Shown piece after piece: positions 25,233 through 34,228 of a stretch of 64,000 nucleotides of DNA. Within the stretch, counting starts at the first letter, position 1. Every line of letters begins with the position of its first letter. This stretch comes from Candidatus Fermentibacterota bacterium. GTDB taxonomy: Bacteria; Fermentibacterota; Fermentibacteria; Fermentibacterales; JCC-6. Where the stretch lies: assembly GCA_963845085.1 (NCBI GenBank), contig CAWJQI010000005.1, positions 905,608 to 969,607 on the forward strand. Direction: 5' to 3'. Below the pieces are notes generated by a model that was not told the DNA's origin, did no database searches, and saw nothing but the letters and a program-made list of their open reading frames with translations. The translations under genes were made by a program, and so were the position numbers.

Positions 25233-25958
25233 CTAGAAAGAAGCCTTGATCTCGCCCCAGGTGCTGCGGGTGAGGGAGGTGCCATCCCACATGAACTCAA
25301 GGATGTTCTCCCAGATGGCTACACCCTGGGTTGCATAGGCCGGTGTGAAACCGCTGATAACGCTCTTGCCGTCAACAGCAACGCAGATACCGGCCTGTCC
25401 GGCTGTGGGGGATGATGCCCATCCCGTGACCGGAGTGGCGGCGCCGACTGTGAACCTGGCGTTAAGGATGCCAAGGCCGGGGTCACTCCAGGACCAGTCC
25501 GAGATGCCGGCGCAAATGGGATGAGTGGGGATCCATGCGTAATGGTTGATAACCGGAGCGCCAAAGGTGGTAACAGCGGTTACGCCCATGCTGTTGGCAA
25601 GGGCCATCTGGCCGGACGTTCCGTTCAGCCACTCCCATGTCGAAACGTAGAGACGGCCGCCACCCGTGTAGTAGCTGGAGATGCCTGCCCAGTTGAGCCC
25701 GTCGGAGTCGGCGTACCAGGACTCGATAACGATGATGTCCCAGGAACCGGTTGTGAGCGCATCGTTGAACTGGGTGTACATACCCCCGGGCTGACCGCTT
25801 GCGGGGTACACGTTGCACGAAGGCCAAAGGTTGTCACAGGCCTCGAGAACGGCATCACCGTAACCGCCCGAATAGTCGTAATAAACCAGGATGTTGGTCG
25901 GGTCCTGCGCGATGAGGAGCGCAGATGCGACAAGAATAATGCATGCGAACATTCTCAT
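25233..25958 (-). CDS. secreted hypothetical protein ending in ...LTRSTWGEIKASF
   Basis: ATG with an AGGAGGG RBS and signal peptide MRMFACIILVASALLIAQD. The C-terminal tag is shared with 59498..60325. Confidence 0.7.
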   Translation of the reverse strand: MRMFACIILVASALLIAQDPTNILVYYDYSGGYGDAVLEACDNLWPSCNVYPASGQPGGMYTQFNDALTTGSWDIIVIESWYADSDGLNWAGISSYYTGGGRLYVSTWEWLNGTSGQMALANSMGVTAVTTFGAPVINHYAWIPTHPICAGISDWSWSDPGLGILNARFTVGAATPVTGWASSPTAGQAGICVAVDGKSVISGFTPAYATQGVAIWENILEFMWDGTSLTRSTWGEIKASF

Positions 25959-26013
25959 AAAAACCCTCCTGTTCGTTTACTAATCGCTGAAGTTTCAGCG
26001 AAAACATTCACTA

Positions 26014-26043
26014 TTACTAAACCCTTCGAAGGTGTCATGTCAA
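26014..26043 (-). promoter_or_regulatory. candidate promoter (TTGACA-N18-TAGTAA) for 25233..25958
   Basis: On the minus strand, -35 is at 26043-26038 and -10 at 26019-26014. A palindrome CGCTGAAGTTTCAGCG (25985-26000) lies between the -10 and the RBS. Confidence 0.4.
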
Positions 26044-26073
26044 GAACCCTGATGCCCGTCGGGGCGGTGCAGG

Positions 26074-28470
26074 TCAAACCCTCGTAAGCCTGCATATCCT
26101 TCCAGCATGCGTGTTTTCCCCTCCGGCATCAACCACTTTCACACCCCGGGCCTCGGCCGCCTTCACCCTTGCTGCCATGGGCGTGAACTCAAGTTCGAGC
26201 CACCTTGTTCCACCCGGGTTCAGCACTATGAGATCAGCTTCCTCGGGGCTGCCCTCCACCTTTATGTCCGGGCCGCCCGTCTTCTGGAACCTTCCCCTGG
26301 GGCAAAGGTAGCCACCACGACCCACAGCGACAACCCCGGCATGGTAGCGCCTGAATGTCACCGGGCACTTGAGGGAACAGATCTCGCAGATCCCGTCCTC
26401 ATCGGCATGGGGAAGGCATGCCCGCCCCGGCCAGGGCAGCTTGATGCTGACCGCGGCGGTAGGGCACACGTCCGCGCAGTTGCCACAGCCCGTGCAGTCC
26501 GTGTCCCCGAATGGAATGTCCATCGCGGGTCTCACCCTGGTTTCAAAGCCCCTTCCAACAAAGCCCAATGCGGGTTTTGAAAGAAGGAATGTGCACGTTC
26601 TGATGCACTTCCCGCACAGGATGCACTTGTTGGCATCGTAGACCATCAGGGGGTGGCTTTCGTCAACGCGTTCGCGTGCGGTCCTGCCCCTGAACCTGTC
26701 CATGTCGATGCCGTACTCCTCGCAGAGAAGCCGCAGGTCGCAGTCATCGTATCGAACACACCCGCAGGACAGGCAGCGGGCCGTCTCATCCGCGCATTGC
26801 GGTTCAGTTATCGGCAGGGCAACCTCGACATCCATGCTGCGCCTGTGCTCGGGAGCAACTGCGCCCTGTGCGTTTGCGCTCTTCTCCTCGCGCTCCGGCA
26901 GCAGTTCCTTCCCCGGCTTTTCCCAGAAACCCTTGCTGGCCCTGAAGGGTACTTTCTTCCCGATCCCGGAGATGTGCGCATGAATGGCCTCCGCAGCGTT
27001 CCGCCCATCCCTGATCGAGTCGATGACCACCGTCGGGCCGTGATAAGCGGCATCTCCGGCGGCAAACACACCGGCCATGTTCGTGGCTACCCCCGTGTCG
27101 CTTCCTGTGTCGATGGCGTTCCAGCGGGTTTTACCAAGTTCGTTGTCCAGCCCCTTGAGAAGGGGTTCCTGACCAATGGCACTCACCACCAGATCGCATT
27201 CGAGCCGAAACTCGCTGCCCTCAAGCGGCACCGGGCTTCTTCTTCCGGATGTGTCGGGCTCACCGAGCGTCATCCTTATGCATCTCAGAGCCTTAAGCTT
27301 ATTCCCGTCGGTGCGCTCGATTCCCACGGGTGCAGCGAGTTCCATCAGTTCGATGCCCTCTTCCAGCGCTTCCTCAATCTCAAGATCGTCGCAGGGCATC
27401 TCCAGCCTTGTCCGACGGTATTGAATGATCACACGGTCGGCGCCAAGCCTCCAGGCGGTCCTGGCAGCGTCCATCGCCGTATTGCCACCGCCGACAACAA
27501 CAACCGTGCCTGAGAGGGGCTGCCTCTCCCGGGCGTTCGCCACGAGGAAGTCGGCCCCGGTCACGACGCCCAAGGTGTCGAGTTCTCCCTCGACACGCAT
27601 TGCCTTGCCCTTCCATGCACCGGGGGACAGAAGCACAGCCTCATGGGATCTTCTGAGCTCGTCAAGGCTCATGCCGTTGCCGATGCGCGTATTAAGCCTG
27701 ATCTCGCAGCCTGAGGCTCGTTGAATGAAATCGATCTCCCTGTCAAGAACGTCATCGGGAAGCCTGTACTCGGGAATGCCGTAGCGAAGCATGCCCCCCG
27801 GCCTCTCCATCGCCTCAAATATGACGGGGGAGTGCCCCCAGAGGCCCAGGAAGTAGGCGGCGGTCAGGCCGGCAGGGCCGGAACCGACTATGGCCACCTT
27901 TTTCCCCGTCGGAGCCGCCCTTTGAGGAAGCCTGTCGTAGACGCCCTCCTGCTCCATTAGAAAGCGCTTCACCCAGTTGATGGAAACACACTCGTCAATC
28001 TCTGCCCTGTAACACTGGTCCTCGCATGCCCTGACACAAACCCTTCCACAGACTGCGGGAAGGGGGTTTCTGTCCCGGATGAGTTCGACCGCCTCGGTGT
28101 ACTTCTTTTGAGCAGCCAGAGCAAGATATCCCTGAATGTCGACGTTGCCCGGGCAGCCCGTCATGCACGGGGAGACGCAGTCCGCCCAGTGGTTTGACAA
28201 CAGCAGCTCGAGTGCGGTCCTTCTTGCTGCGACTGTGCGCGGGGAGCGCGTATGAAGCACCATCCCCTCGCTGACAGGCGTCGAGCATGCCGGGGCAAGG
28301 TTCTTTCTCCCCTCGACCTCGACCACGCATACGTAACAGGAAGTGAACGGCTCGGTGCCCTTCATGTGGCAGAGGGTGGGAATTGAGTCGAGGGCGTGCT
28401 CACGCACTACATCGAGTATGGTGTTGCCGGGTTTCGCCTCGATTGTGGCGCCGTTTATGGTGACCTTCAA
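26074..28470 (-). CDS. multidomain iron-sulfur flavoprotein: 2Fe-2S ferredoxin + GltD/NfnB-like NAD(P)H-FAD oxidoreductase + NuoG/HydA-type 4Fe-4S domains (BfuA-like subunit)
   Basis: The N-terminus MKVTINGATIEAKPGNTILD...CHMKG...SCYVCVVEV is a 2Fe-2S domain. The Rossmann motif is VAIVGSGPAGLTAAYF. C-terminal Cys clusters are CILCGKCIRTC, CTGCGNCADVCP and CEICSLKCP. The TTG start has an AGGAGGG RBS. Confidence 0.8.
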   Translation of the reverse strand: MKVTINGATIEAKPGNTILDVVREHALDSIPTLCHMKGTEPFTSCYVCVVEVEGRKNLAPACSTPVSEGMVLHTRSPRTVAARRTALELLLSNHWADCVSPCMTGCPGNVDIQGYLALAAQKKYTEAVELIRDRNPLPAVCGRVCVRACEDQCYRAEIDECVSINWVKRFLMEQEGVYDRLPQRAAPTGKKVAIVGSGPAGLTAAYFLGLWGHSPVIFEAMERPGGMLRYGIPEYRLPDDVLDREIDFIQRASGCEIRLNTRIGNGMSLDELRRSHEAVLLSPGAWKGKAMRVEGELDTLGVVTGADFLVANARERQPLSGTVVVVGGGNTAMDAARTAWRLGADRVIIQYRRTRLEMPCDDLEIEEALEEGIELMELAAPVGIERTDGNKLKALRCIRMTLGEPDTSGRRSPVPLEGSEFRLECDLVVSAIGQEPLLKGLDNELGKTRWNAIDTGSDTGVATNMAGVFAAGDAAYHGPTVVIDSIRDGRNAAEAIHAHISGIGKKVPFRASKGFWEKPGKELLPEREEKSANAQGAVAPEHRRSMDVEVALPITEPQCADETARCLSCGCVRYDDCDLRLLCEEYGIDMDRFRGRTARERVDESHPLMVYDANKCILCGKCIRTCTFLLSKPALGFVGRGFETRVRPAMDIPFGDTDCTGCGNCADVCPTAAVSIKLPWPGRACLPHADEDGICEICSLKCPVTFRRYHAGVVAVGRGGYLCPRGRFQKTGGPDIKVEGSPEEADLIVLNPGGTRWLELEFTPMAARVKAAEARGVKVVDAGGENTHAGRICRLTRV

Positions 28471-28480
28471 GACCGCCCTC

Positions 28481-30193
28481 CTATTCCCTGATTATTGCGT
28501 CGAAGGGGCACGCTTCATAGCAGGCGCCGCACTTCGTGCACAGGTGTTTGTCAATCGAATGCACCTGACCCCTCTGGCCGCTTACGGCATTCACCGGGCA
28601 TGCCTTTGAGCACAGTGTGCAGCCCTTGCACGTTTCGGGGTTTACGGTGAACGTAATAAGGGCTCTGCAGGAACCGGCGGGGCACTTCTTGTCTTTGATG
28701 TGGGCCTCGTACTCGCTCCTGTAATAGCGCAATGTGGTCAGGATGGGATTCGGAGCGGTCTGTCCCAGTCCGCAAAGGCTCCCGTCAATGATTTGCCGGC
28801 CGAGGGTTTCCAGGAACGGGATGTCTTCCTCCCTGCCTTCCCCTGCGGTTATCCTTTCGAGCGTTTCAAGCAGCCTTCTGTTGCCGACCCTGCAGAACGT
28901 GCACTTGCCGCACGATTCGTCACAGGTGAAGCTGAGGAAGAACCGGGCGATGTCCACCATGCAGCTGGTGTCGTCCATGACCACCATACCGCCCGAGCCC
29001 ATGATCGCACCGGTTGCCGGTATGGATTCGAAATCAACGGGTGTATCCGCAAGCGCAGCCGGTATGCAACCGCCGGAGGGTCCTCCCATCTGTACCGCCT
29101 TGAACGCCCTGTCGTTCTTGATACCCCCCCCGATGCCGAATACGAGGTGGCGTATGGGGGTGCCCATCGCTACCTCGGCGAGGCCACCCCGCTTAACCTT
29201 GCCGGCAAGGGCGAATACCTTTGTTCCGGGGCTTTTTTCCGTGCCCCGGGAGCGGAATGCCTGTGCTCCGTTCCTCACAATCCAGGGAACGCAGGCGTAT
29301 GTCTCGACGTTATTGTTGTTGGTGGGTCGTGCAAACAGGCCCTTCTCGGCGGGGTATGGAGGGCGAAACGTCGGCATGCCCCTTTTGCCCTCGATGCTTC
29401 TGAAGAGGGCTGTCTCCTCGCCGCAGACAAATGCTCCCGCGCCCATCTTCACCTTGAGGTGAACATCCTTTGAAAAACCCCTGTCCACTGCCTGCGCGAT
29501 GGCGTTCTCAAGCCTTTTTACTGCAAGGGGATACTCGGCTCGACAGTAGATGTAACCGTTGCGGGCGCCGATGGCCCGTGCAGCGATCATCATTCCCTCG
29601 ATGACTGCATGGGGGTCGCCTTCGATGACCGAGCGGTCCATGAATGCGCCGGGATCTCCCTCGTCGGCATTGCAGATGATGTATTTCTCATCCCCGGCAG
29701 CGGAGGCGGCAAATGACCACTTCAAGCCTGTTGGAAACCCGGCACCTCCCCTGCCGCGCAGACCCGAATCCTTGATGAGCTGGATGATCTCGCCGGGTGT
29801 CATTTCCATCGCCAGCCGAAGGGCCTCATAGCCACCCGTGGCGATGTAATCGTCAAGACTGTCAGGGTTTATCACGCCGCAATTCCTCAGAACAAGTCTG
29901 TCCTGCTTCCCGAGGAAATCGGCATGACTCCCGAGACCGTCGCTGCTCCAGACGAGATGGTCGGCGGGGTCGGCCCCTTCCGCTATCGCAACCGCAAGCG
30001 CGGGGTCGACGTCACCGTAGATCCTTCTTGACCCGCCTTCCCTGACCTCGACCAGGGGCTCGACGAAACACATTCCGATGCAGCCTGTGCCGGACAGCTC
30101 GAAGTCGCCCGGGTGCTGCCGCAAAGCTTCCATCACCTTGCCAGCGCCTGCGGAAAGGCCGCAGGTGCCTGTTCCAACAAGGATCTTCTTCAT
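28481..30193 (-). CDS. NuoF/HydB-like NAD(P)H-binding FMN iron-sulfur subunit
   Basis: Motifs GGAGFPTGLKW, CGKCTFCRVG and two C-terminal ferredoxin-type clusters, plus an N-terminal thioredoxin-like 2Fe-2S domain. ATGA overlap with the upstream gene. Confidence 0.9.
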   Translation of the reverse strand: MKKILVGTGTCGLSAGAGKVMEALRQHPGDFELSGTGCIGMCFVEPLVEVREGGSRRIYGDVDPALAVAIAEGADPADHLVWSSDGLGSHADFLGKQDRLVLRNCGVINPDSLDDYIATGGYEALRLAMEMTPGEIIQLIKDSGLRGRGGAGFPTGLKWSFAASAAGDEKYIICNADEGDPGAFMDRSVIEGDPHAVIEGMMIAARAIGARNGYIYCRAEYPLAVKRLENAIAQAVDRGFSKDVHLKVKMGAGAFVCGEETALFRSIEGKRGMPTFRPPYPAEKGLFARPTNNNNVETYACVPWIVRNGAQAFRSRGTEKSPGTKVFALAGKVKRGGLAEVAMGTPIRHLVFGIGGGIKNDRAFKAVQMGGPSGGCIPAALADTPVDFESIPATGAIMGSGGMVVMDDTSCMVDIARFFLSFTCDESCGKCTFCRVGNRRLLETLERITAGEGREEDIPFLETLGRQIIDGSLCGLGQTAPNPILTTLRYYRSEYEAHIKDKKCPAGSCRALITFTVNPETCKGCTLCSKACPVNAVSGQRGQVHSIDKHLCTKCGACYEACPFDAIIRE

Positions 30194-30654
30194 CGGGAGC
30201 CTCCCTCGGCGACCCCCCGGAGGACCTTGACAGCTCCTGCGGGAGTGAGTTTACCAAAGGTGTCCCCGTCGATCATCATCACGGGGGAGAGTGAACAGCA
30301 CCCCAGACAGGCCACGGTGTGAAGCGTGAACAGCATGTCTTCCGTTGTTCCGCCCGGGACCACTCCAAGTTCGCTTGCGAGTGCTTCAACGATTCTCTCC
30401 GAACCGGCCACGTGACAGGCGGTGCCCGTGCATACCCGGATGATGTGCTTTCCGGAAGGCGTGAACGAGAACTGGCTGTAGAAGGAAGCCACCCCGTAGA
30501 TCTGAGCCTCCGGCTCCCCCGTGGCTTCGGAGATCCCGGAAATGGTTTCCCTGGAGATGAACCCGAACTCGGTCTGGGCCGCCTGAAGGAGAGGAATCAC
30601 CGCCTCGGAGCTTCCCCGGGATTCCCGGGCCAGTTCAGCGAAGGATCGCTTCAT
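30190..30654 (-). CDS. NuoE/HydC-like thioredoxin-fold 2Fe-2S subunit
   Basis: Motifs CTGTACHVAG and CLGCCSLSPVMMID; 154 aa. Confidence 0.9.
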   Translation of the reverse strand: MKRSFAELARESRGSSEAVIPLLQAAQTEFGFISRETISGISEATGEPEAQIYGVASFYSQFSFTPSGKHIIRVCTGTACHVAGSERIVEALASELGVVPGGTTEDMLFTLHTVACLGCCSLSPVMMIDGDTFGKLTPAGAVKVLRGVAEGGSR

Positions 30655-30691
30655 GCACTTTCCTTTCCGTTTTCAAACATGCCCGAAACAT

Positions 30692-30733
30692 GAAAAAGAT
30701 GAGGGGGTACCCCGAAATGGAGCACCCCCTTTT
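30692..30733 (-). terminator. rho-independent terminator of gdhA
   Basis: The minus strand reads AAAAGGGGGT-gctccatttcggggt-ACCCCCT followed by CATCTTTTT. Confidence 0.6.
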
Positions 30734-30748
30734 ACTTACATCGTTAAA

Positions 30749-30771
30749 CTAATCTTTCTTAGTCCGTCCCC
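30749..30771. repeat. third copy of the dispersed motif (minus strand GGGGACGGACTAAGAAAGATTAG)
   Basis: 21/23 identical to 6145-6167 and 19/23 to the reverse complement of 6282-6304. It abuts the gdhA stop codon (30771-30773). Confidence 0.55.
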
Positions 30772-32123
30772 TATACCACGCCCTGGGCCATCATGGCGTT
30801 GGCAACCTTCATGAAGCCCGCAGCGTTGGCGCCGAGAACGTAGTTGCCGGGCATGCCGTACTTTTCAGCGGCCTGGAACGCCTGGCGGTGAATGTTGATC
30901 ATGATCTGATGGAGCTTCTTGTCCACCTCTTCGCTGCTCCAGACGCTGAAGGCGGAGTTCTGGGCCATCTCAAGACAGCTCGTCGCCACGCCGCCGGCGT
31001 TGGCAGCCTTGCCGGGACCGTAGAGGAGGTGCCTGTCAAGGAAGATCTGAACACCTTCGGGAGTGGTGGGCATGTTCGCGCCCTCGGAAACGAGGAACAC
31101 ACCGTTGTCGACGAGGTGCTGGGCATCCTTGCCGTTGATCTCATTCTGGGTCGCGCTGGGGAAGGCGCAGTCGGCCTTGTGGTTCCAGAGCGGGTTGTAG
31201 TCGAGGTCGGGATCGACGCCGGTGTAGACCGCTTTCGGGAACTTGTCTGCGTATTCGCTTATCCTGCCCCTGCGAATGTTCTTCAGGTTCATCACGAAAT
31301 CAAGCTTCTCAGCGGTGATGCCCTCCTCGTCGTAGATGAAGCCGGAGCTGTCGCTGAGGGTGACAACCTTACCGCCGAGCTGGTTGATTTTCTCGACGGT
31401 GTACTGCGCAACGTTGCCGCTTCCCGACACGAGGCACGTGAGACCCTGGTAGCTCTTGCCGCGGGTCTTGAGCATTTCCTCGCCGAAGTAGACCGAGCCG
31501 TAACCGGTGGCCTGCGGACGGATGAGACTGCCGCCGTAGTCAAGGCCCTTGCCTGTGAGAACACCGCTCCACTCGTTCCTGAGCTTCTTGTACTGCCCGA
31601 ACAGGAAACCGATCTCACGGCCGCCCACACCGATGTCACCCGCAGGAATGTCGGTGTATGGACCGATGTGGCGGAAGAGCTCGTTCATGAAGTTCTGGCA
31701 GAAACGCATGACCTCGAGGTCGCTCTTGCCCTTGGGGTCGAAGTCGCTTCCGCCCTTGCCGCCGCCCATGGGAAGGCCGGTCAGGGCGTTCTTGAAGACC
31801 TGCTCGAATCCCAGGAACTTGAGGATGCCGAGGTTGACGGAGGGGTGAAGGCGAAGGCCGCCCTTGTACGGACCGATCGCGCTGTTGAATTCAATGCGGT
31901 AGCCACGGTTGACCATGATCTCGCCGTCGTCGTTGGTCCAGGGGACCCTGAACATTATGACGCGCTCGGGCTCGACGAGACGCTCCACAATCTTCATGCG
32001 GCGAAGCTCGGGATGCTTCTCAAGTACAACCTCAAGACTTTCCAAAACCTCTTTGACAGCCTGGTGAAACTCAGGTTGATTCGGATCCTTTTCAACCACG
32101 CCTCTGTAGATGTCGTCAAGCAT
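30771..32123 (-). CDS. gdhA: glutamate dehydrogenase (hexameric, NADP-type family)
   Basis: Motifs GGLRLHPSVN and PMGGGKGGSDFDPKGKS, ~450 aa. The ATG at 32123 has a GGAGG RBS 8 nt upstream. Confidence 0.93.
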   Translation of the reverse strand: MLDDIYRGVVEKDPNQPEFHQAVKEVLESLEVVLEKHPELRRMKIVERLVEPERVIMFRVPWTNDDGEIMVNRGYRIEFNSAIGPYKGGLRLHPSVNLGILKFLGFEQVFKNALTGLPMGGGKGGSDFDPKGKSDLEVMRFCQNFMNELFRHIGPYTDIPAGDIGVGGREIGFLFGQYKKLRNEWSGVLTGKGLDYGGSLIRPQATGYGSVYFGEEMLKTRGKSYQGLTCLVSGSGNVAQYTVEKINQLGGKVVTLSDSSGFIYDEEGITAEKLDFVMNLKNIRRGRISEYADKFPKAVYTGVDPDLDYNPLWNHKADCAFPSATQNEINGKDAQHLVDNGVFLVSEGANMPTTPEGVQIFLDRHLLYGPGKAANAGGVATSCLEMAQNSAFSVWSSEEVDKKLHQIMINIHRQAFQAAEKYGMPGNYVLGANAAGFMKVANAMMAQGVV

Positions 32124-32240
32124 CCCTCGAACCTCCAACAGATTAGGGCTTCGCCACGCAAACAGAACACTCCGGGGTGAAACGGTTTCTATTCGGATCA
32201 ACCCGGAGTGATTTTGAATATATCCGCACCGCGTTGCAGG

Positions 32241-33068
32241 TCAATGCTCGCGGGAACCGATGACCTTCCCGAGGTCCACAAGCCTGTCACCGTCATCTCC
32301 GGGGGTTTCAAGAATGCCGGGCAGGTTTGTGAACCCCGGGTGAAGCGCGATCCCGGAGAGCGCCTCAAGGCCGATGCGTCCCATGCCGGGCCGCTCGTGC
32401 CTGTCCCTTCCGCTTCCCCTCTCCGCCTTGGAATCGTTGATGTGGAACGCCATGAGGCTGCTGCCGAAGAGGGAGATGAGCTCAGCGCAGAAATCCATCG
32501 CCGCCCCGGGCGAATCAAGCCGATAGCCGTAACCGTGCGCGTGGGCCGTATCAATGCAGACCCCCGTCCTTCCGGGGAGGCCGATGAGTTGAAGAAGGTC
32601 ACGCAGCTCCTCAAGGTTTCCGCAAAGGGAGCTTCCCGCCCCCGAAGTGTTTTCCAAGAGGAGGACCGGAGCCGGAAAGCGGTTTTCGAGGCGATGGCGC
32701 AAAGCCGAAGCCGTACGGGCAAGAGCCTGTTCCCTTTCCTGGCCGGCCGCGGACCCGGGATGAAGAACGCAGAATGGCAGGGCGAGCTGGGAGCATCTGG
32801 CCAGCTCGGCGTCAAGATCATCCCCGGAGTTCCTTTGAACATCCGGCCTGCACGACGCCAGGTTGATCAGATACGAGCAGTGGGAGAGCCAGAGCACACC
32901 GGCCGAGTGTTCATTGAATTCGTCGACCACGGTCGGGGACAGGAGACCCGGGCTGTGCCTTCTTGGGTTTGCGGTGAAGAGCTGGGCGGCGGGTATGCGC
33001 ATGCCGGAAACCCTGGCTGCACATGCACCCAACCCCCCTGCGACCGAGGCGTGGATGCCGCTCAGCAA
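32241..33068 (-). CDS. nfo: endonuclease IV (AP endonuclease family 2)
   Basis: Motifs GIHASVAGG, LENTSG, CIDTAHAHGYGY, HINDSK and LETP. The TTG at 33068 overlaps the upstream stop and gives ~275 aa; the longer ORF to 33362 is out of register with family length. Confidence 0.85.
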   Translation of the reverse strand: MLSGIHASVAGGLGACAARVSGMRIPAAQLFTANPRRHSPGLLSPTVVDEFNEHSAGVLWLSHCSYLINLASCRPDVQRNSGDDLDAELARCSQLALPFCVLHPGSAAGQEREQALARTASALRHRLENRFPAPVLLLENTSGAGSSLCGNLEELRDLLQLIGLPGRTGVCIDTAHAHGYGYRLDSPGAAMDFCAELISLFGSSLMAFHINDSKAERGSGRDRHERPGMGRIGLEALSGIALHPGFTNLPGILETPGDDGDRLVDLGKVIGSREH

Positions 33069-34228
33069 CCCGCGATCCGGGAGCGGAAATGTTCCGCAGT
33101 GGCGCCCGAGGAGGCCATGAGCTCTTCGCGGACAGTCGAGAGCCCGTCCCACCAGCGCCCGCAGCCTTCCCAGGCAGTCTTCAGGACATCGAAGGCCCCT
33201 GAACCCGGAACCCCTTCCGAACCGGGGACCGTGAGTGCGGTCAGCCCAGCCATCTCCATGAATCGGCTGCACTTGCTCGAATAGGGCACCGCGACGGGGA
33301 GTGAGCCGGTCACGATTGAGAGGATTGCCCCGTGCAGCGGGGTGGTCAGCATGACACGGCATCCGGCAATGAGCGCAAGGGCCTGCTCCACAGAGCCGAA
33401 GGACGCAATCGAGGCATCCCCGGAACGCTTCATTGCACCGAGCACCATGCCGCAGAAATCGTGATCGGAGTTGGAGAGGGTGCCGGTGTGAAACGGAAAG
33501 AGGAGAACCGAGCCTCCGTGGGCCTGCAGGTGACGGTCGAGAAGGGCCGCCCAGGCTGCGGCAGCCGGTACGGGATCGGCGGGACGGTATCCCGGAAGCC
33601 TTCTCCTGATCTCAAGAGGCAGAAGGGAACCGGTCCGGTTCAGAACGTTCCTTGGAGCGGCCCCGAGAACGGCGGAATCAACCGGGCCCGGCCCGAAACC
33701 CCTTCCAAGGCTGAGCGCAGCATCCGCTGCTGGTTTCAGAACGGGAGAAGAAAAACCCCATTCGATGAGTGTAGTGTATGTGGGCTCATCCCGGGAGGTG
33801 ATGCCTTCGCAGTCGGCCAAAGCGTACTTTGCAAGCGGTGGGGTGGTGCGTGCGAGCTCCCCCTTCCTTCCAATGCCCACGGCCCAGCAGAAGCTCTTCC
33901 TGTGGAACACCCTTGCAAGGAGTAGCGGCATGAGGTTGAAGGGGGAGTAGAGGCGGCTGGACCTGTCCTGGAGCAGCTCACCTCCCCCCACGACAACTAC
34001 GTCGCTCCATCTGACTGCGGAAACCATTGCGCCGAGCCTGCCCCTTTTCGTGGGGAAGCATCTTGCAGCGGGGTGGACGGCATGTGTACGCTCCGGGTCG
34101 GCCGACATCACGCCAACCTCTGCGCTCATTTCCGAAAAATCCTGCAGCTGGGCAAGAAGGATGGCTCCGTCTCCGAGGTTCGACCCTTCGGCCTCCAGCT
34201 CCCCCCAGCTCGCTGAGAAAACCTTCAG
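33062..34228 (-). CDS. polysaccharide pyruvyl transferase family protein (CsaB-like)
   Basis: N-terminal NLGDGAIL and VVVGGGELLQD motifs. The start is uncertain: the only codon at the lon stop is CTG (34228), and the other in-frame starts (34372, 34507) overlap lon by 150-280 nt. Confidence 0.65.
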   Translation of the reverse strand: MKVFSASWGELEAEGSNLGDGAILLAQLQDFSEMSAEVGVMSADPERTHAVHPAARCFPTKRGRLGAMVSAVRWSDVVVVGGGELLQDRSSRLYSPFNLMPLLLARVFHRKSFCWAVGIGRKGELARTTPPLAKYALADCEGITSRDEPTYTTLIEWGFSSPVLKPAADAALSLGRGFGPGPVDSAVLGAAPRNVLNRTGSLLPLEIRRRLPGYRPADPVPAAAAWAALLDRHLQAHGGSVLLFPFHTGTLSNSDHDFCGMVLGAMKRSGDASIASFGSVEQALALIAGCRVMLTTPLHGAILSIVTGSLPVAVPYSSKCSRFMEMAGLTALTVPGSEGVPGSGAFDVLKTAWEGCGRWWDGLSTVREELMASSGATAEHFRSRIAGC

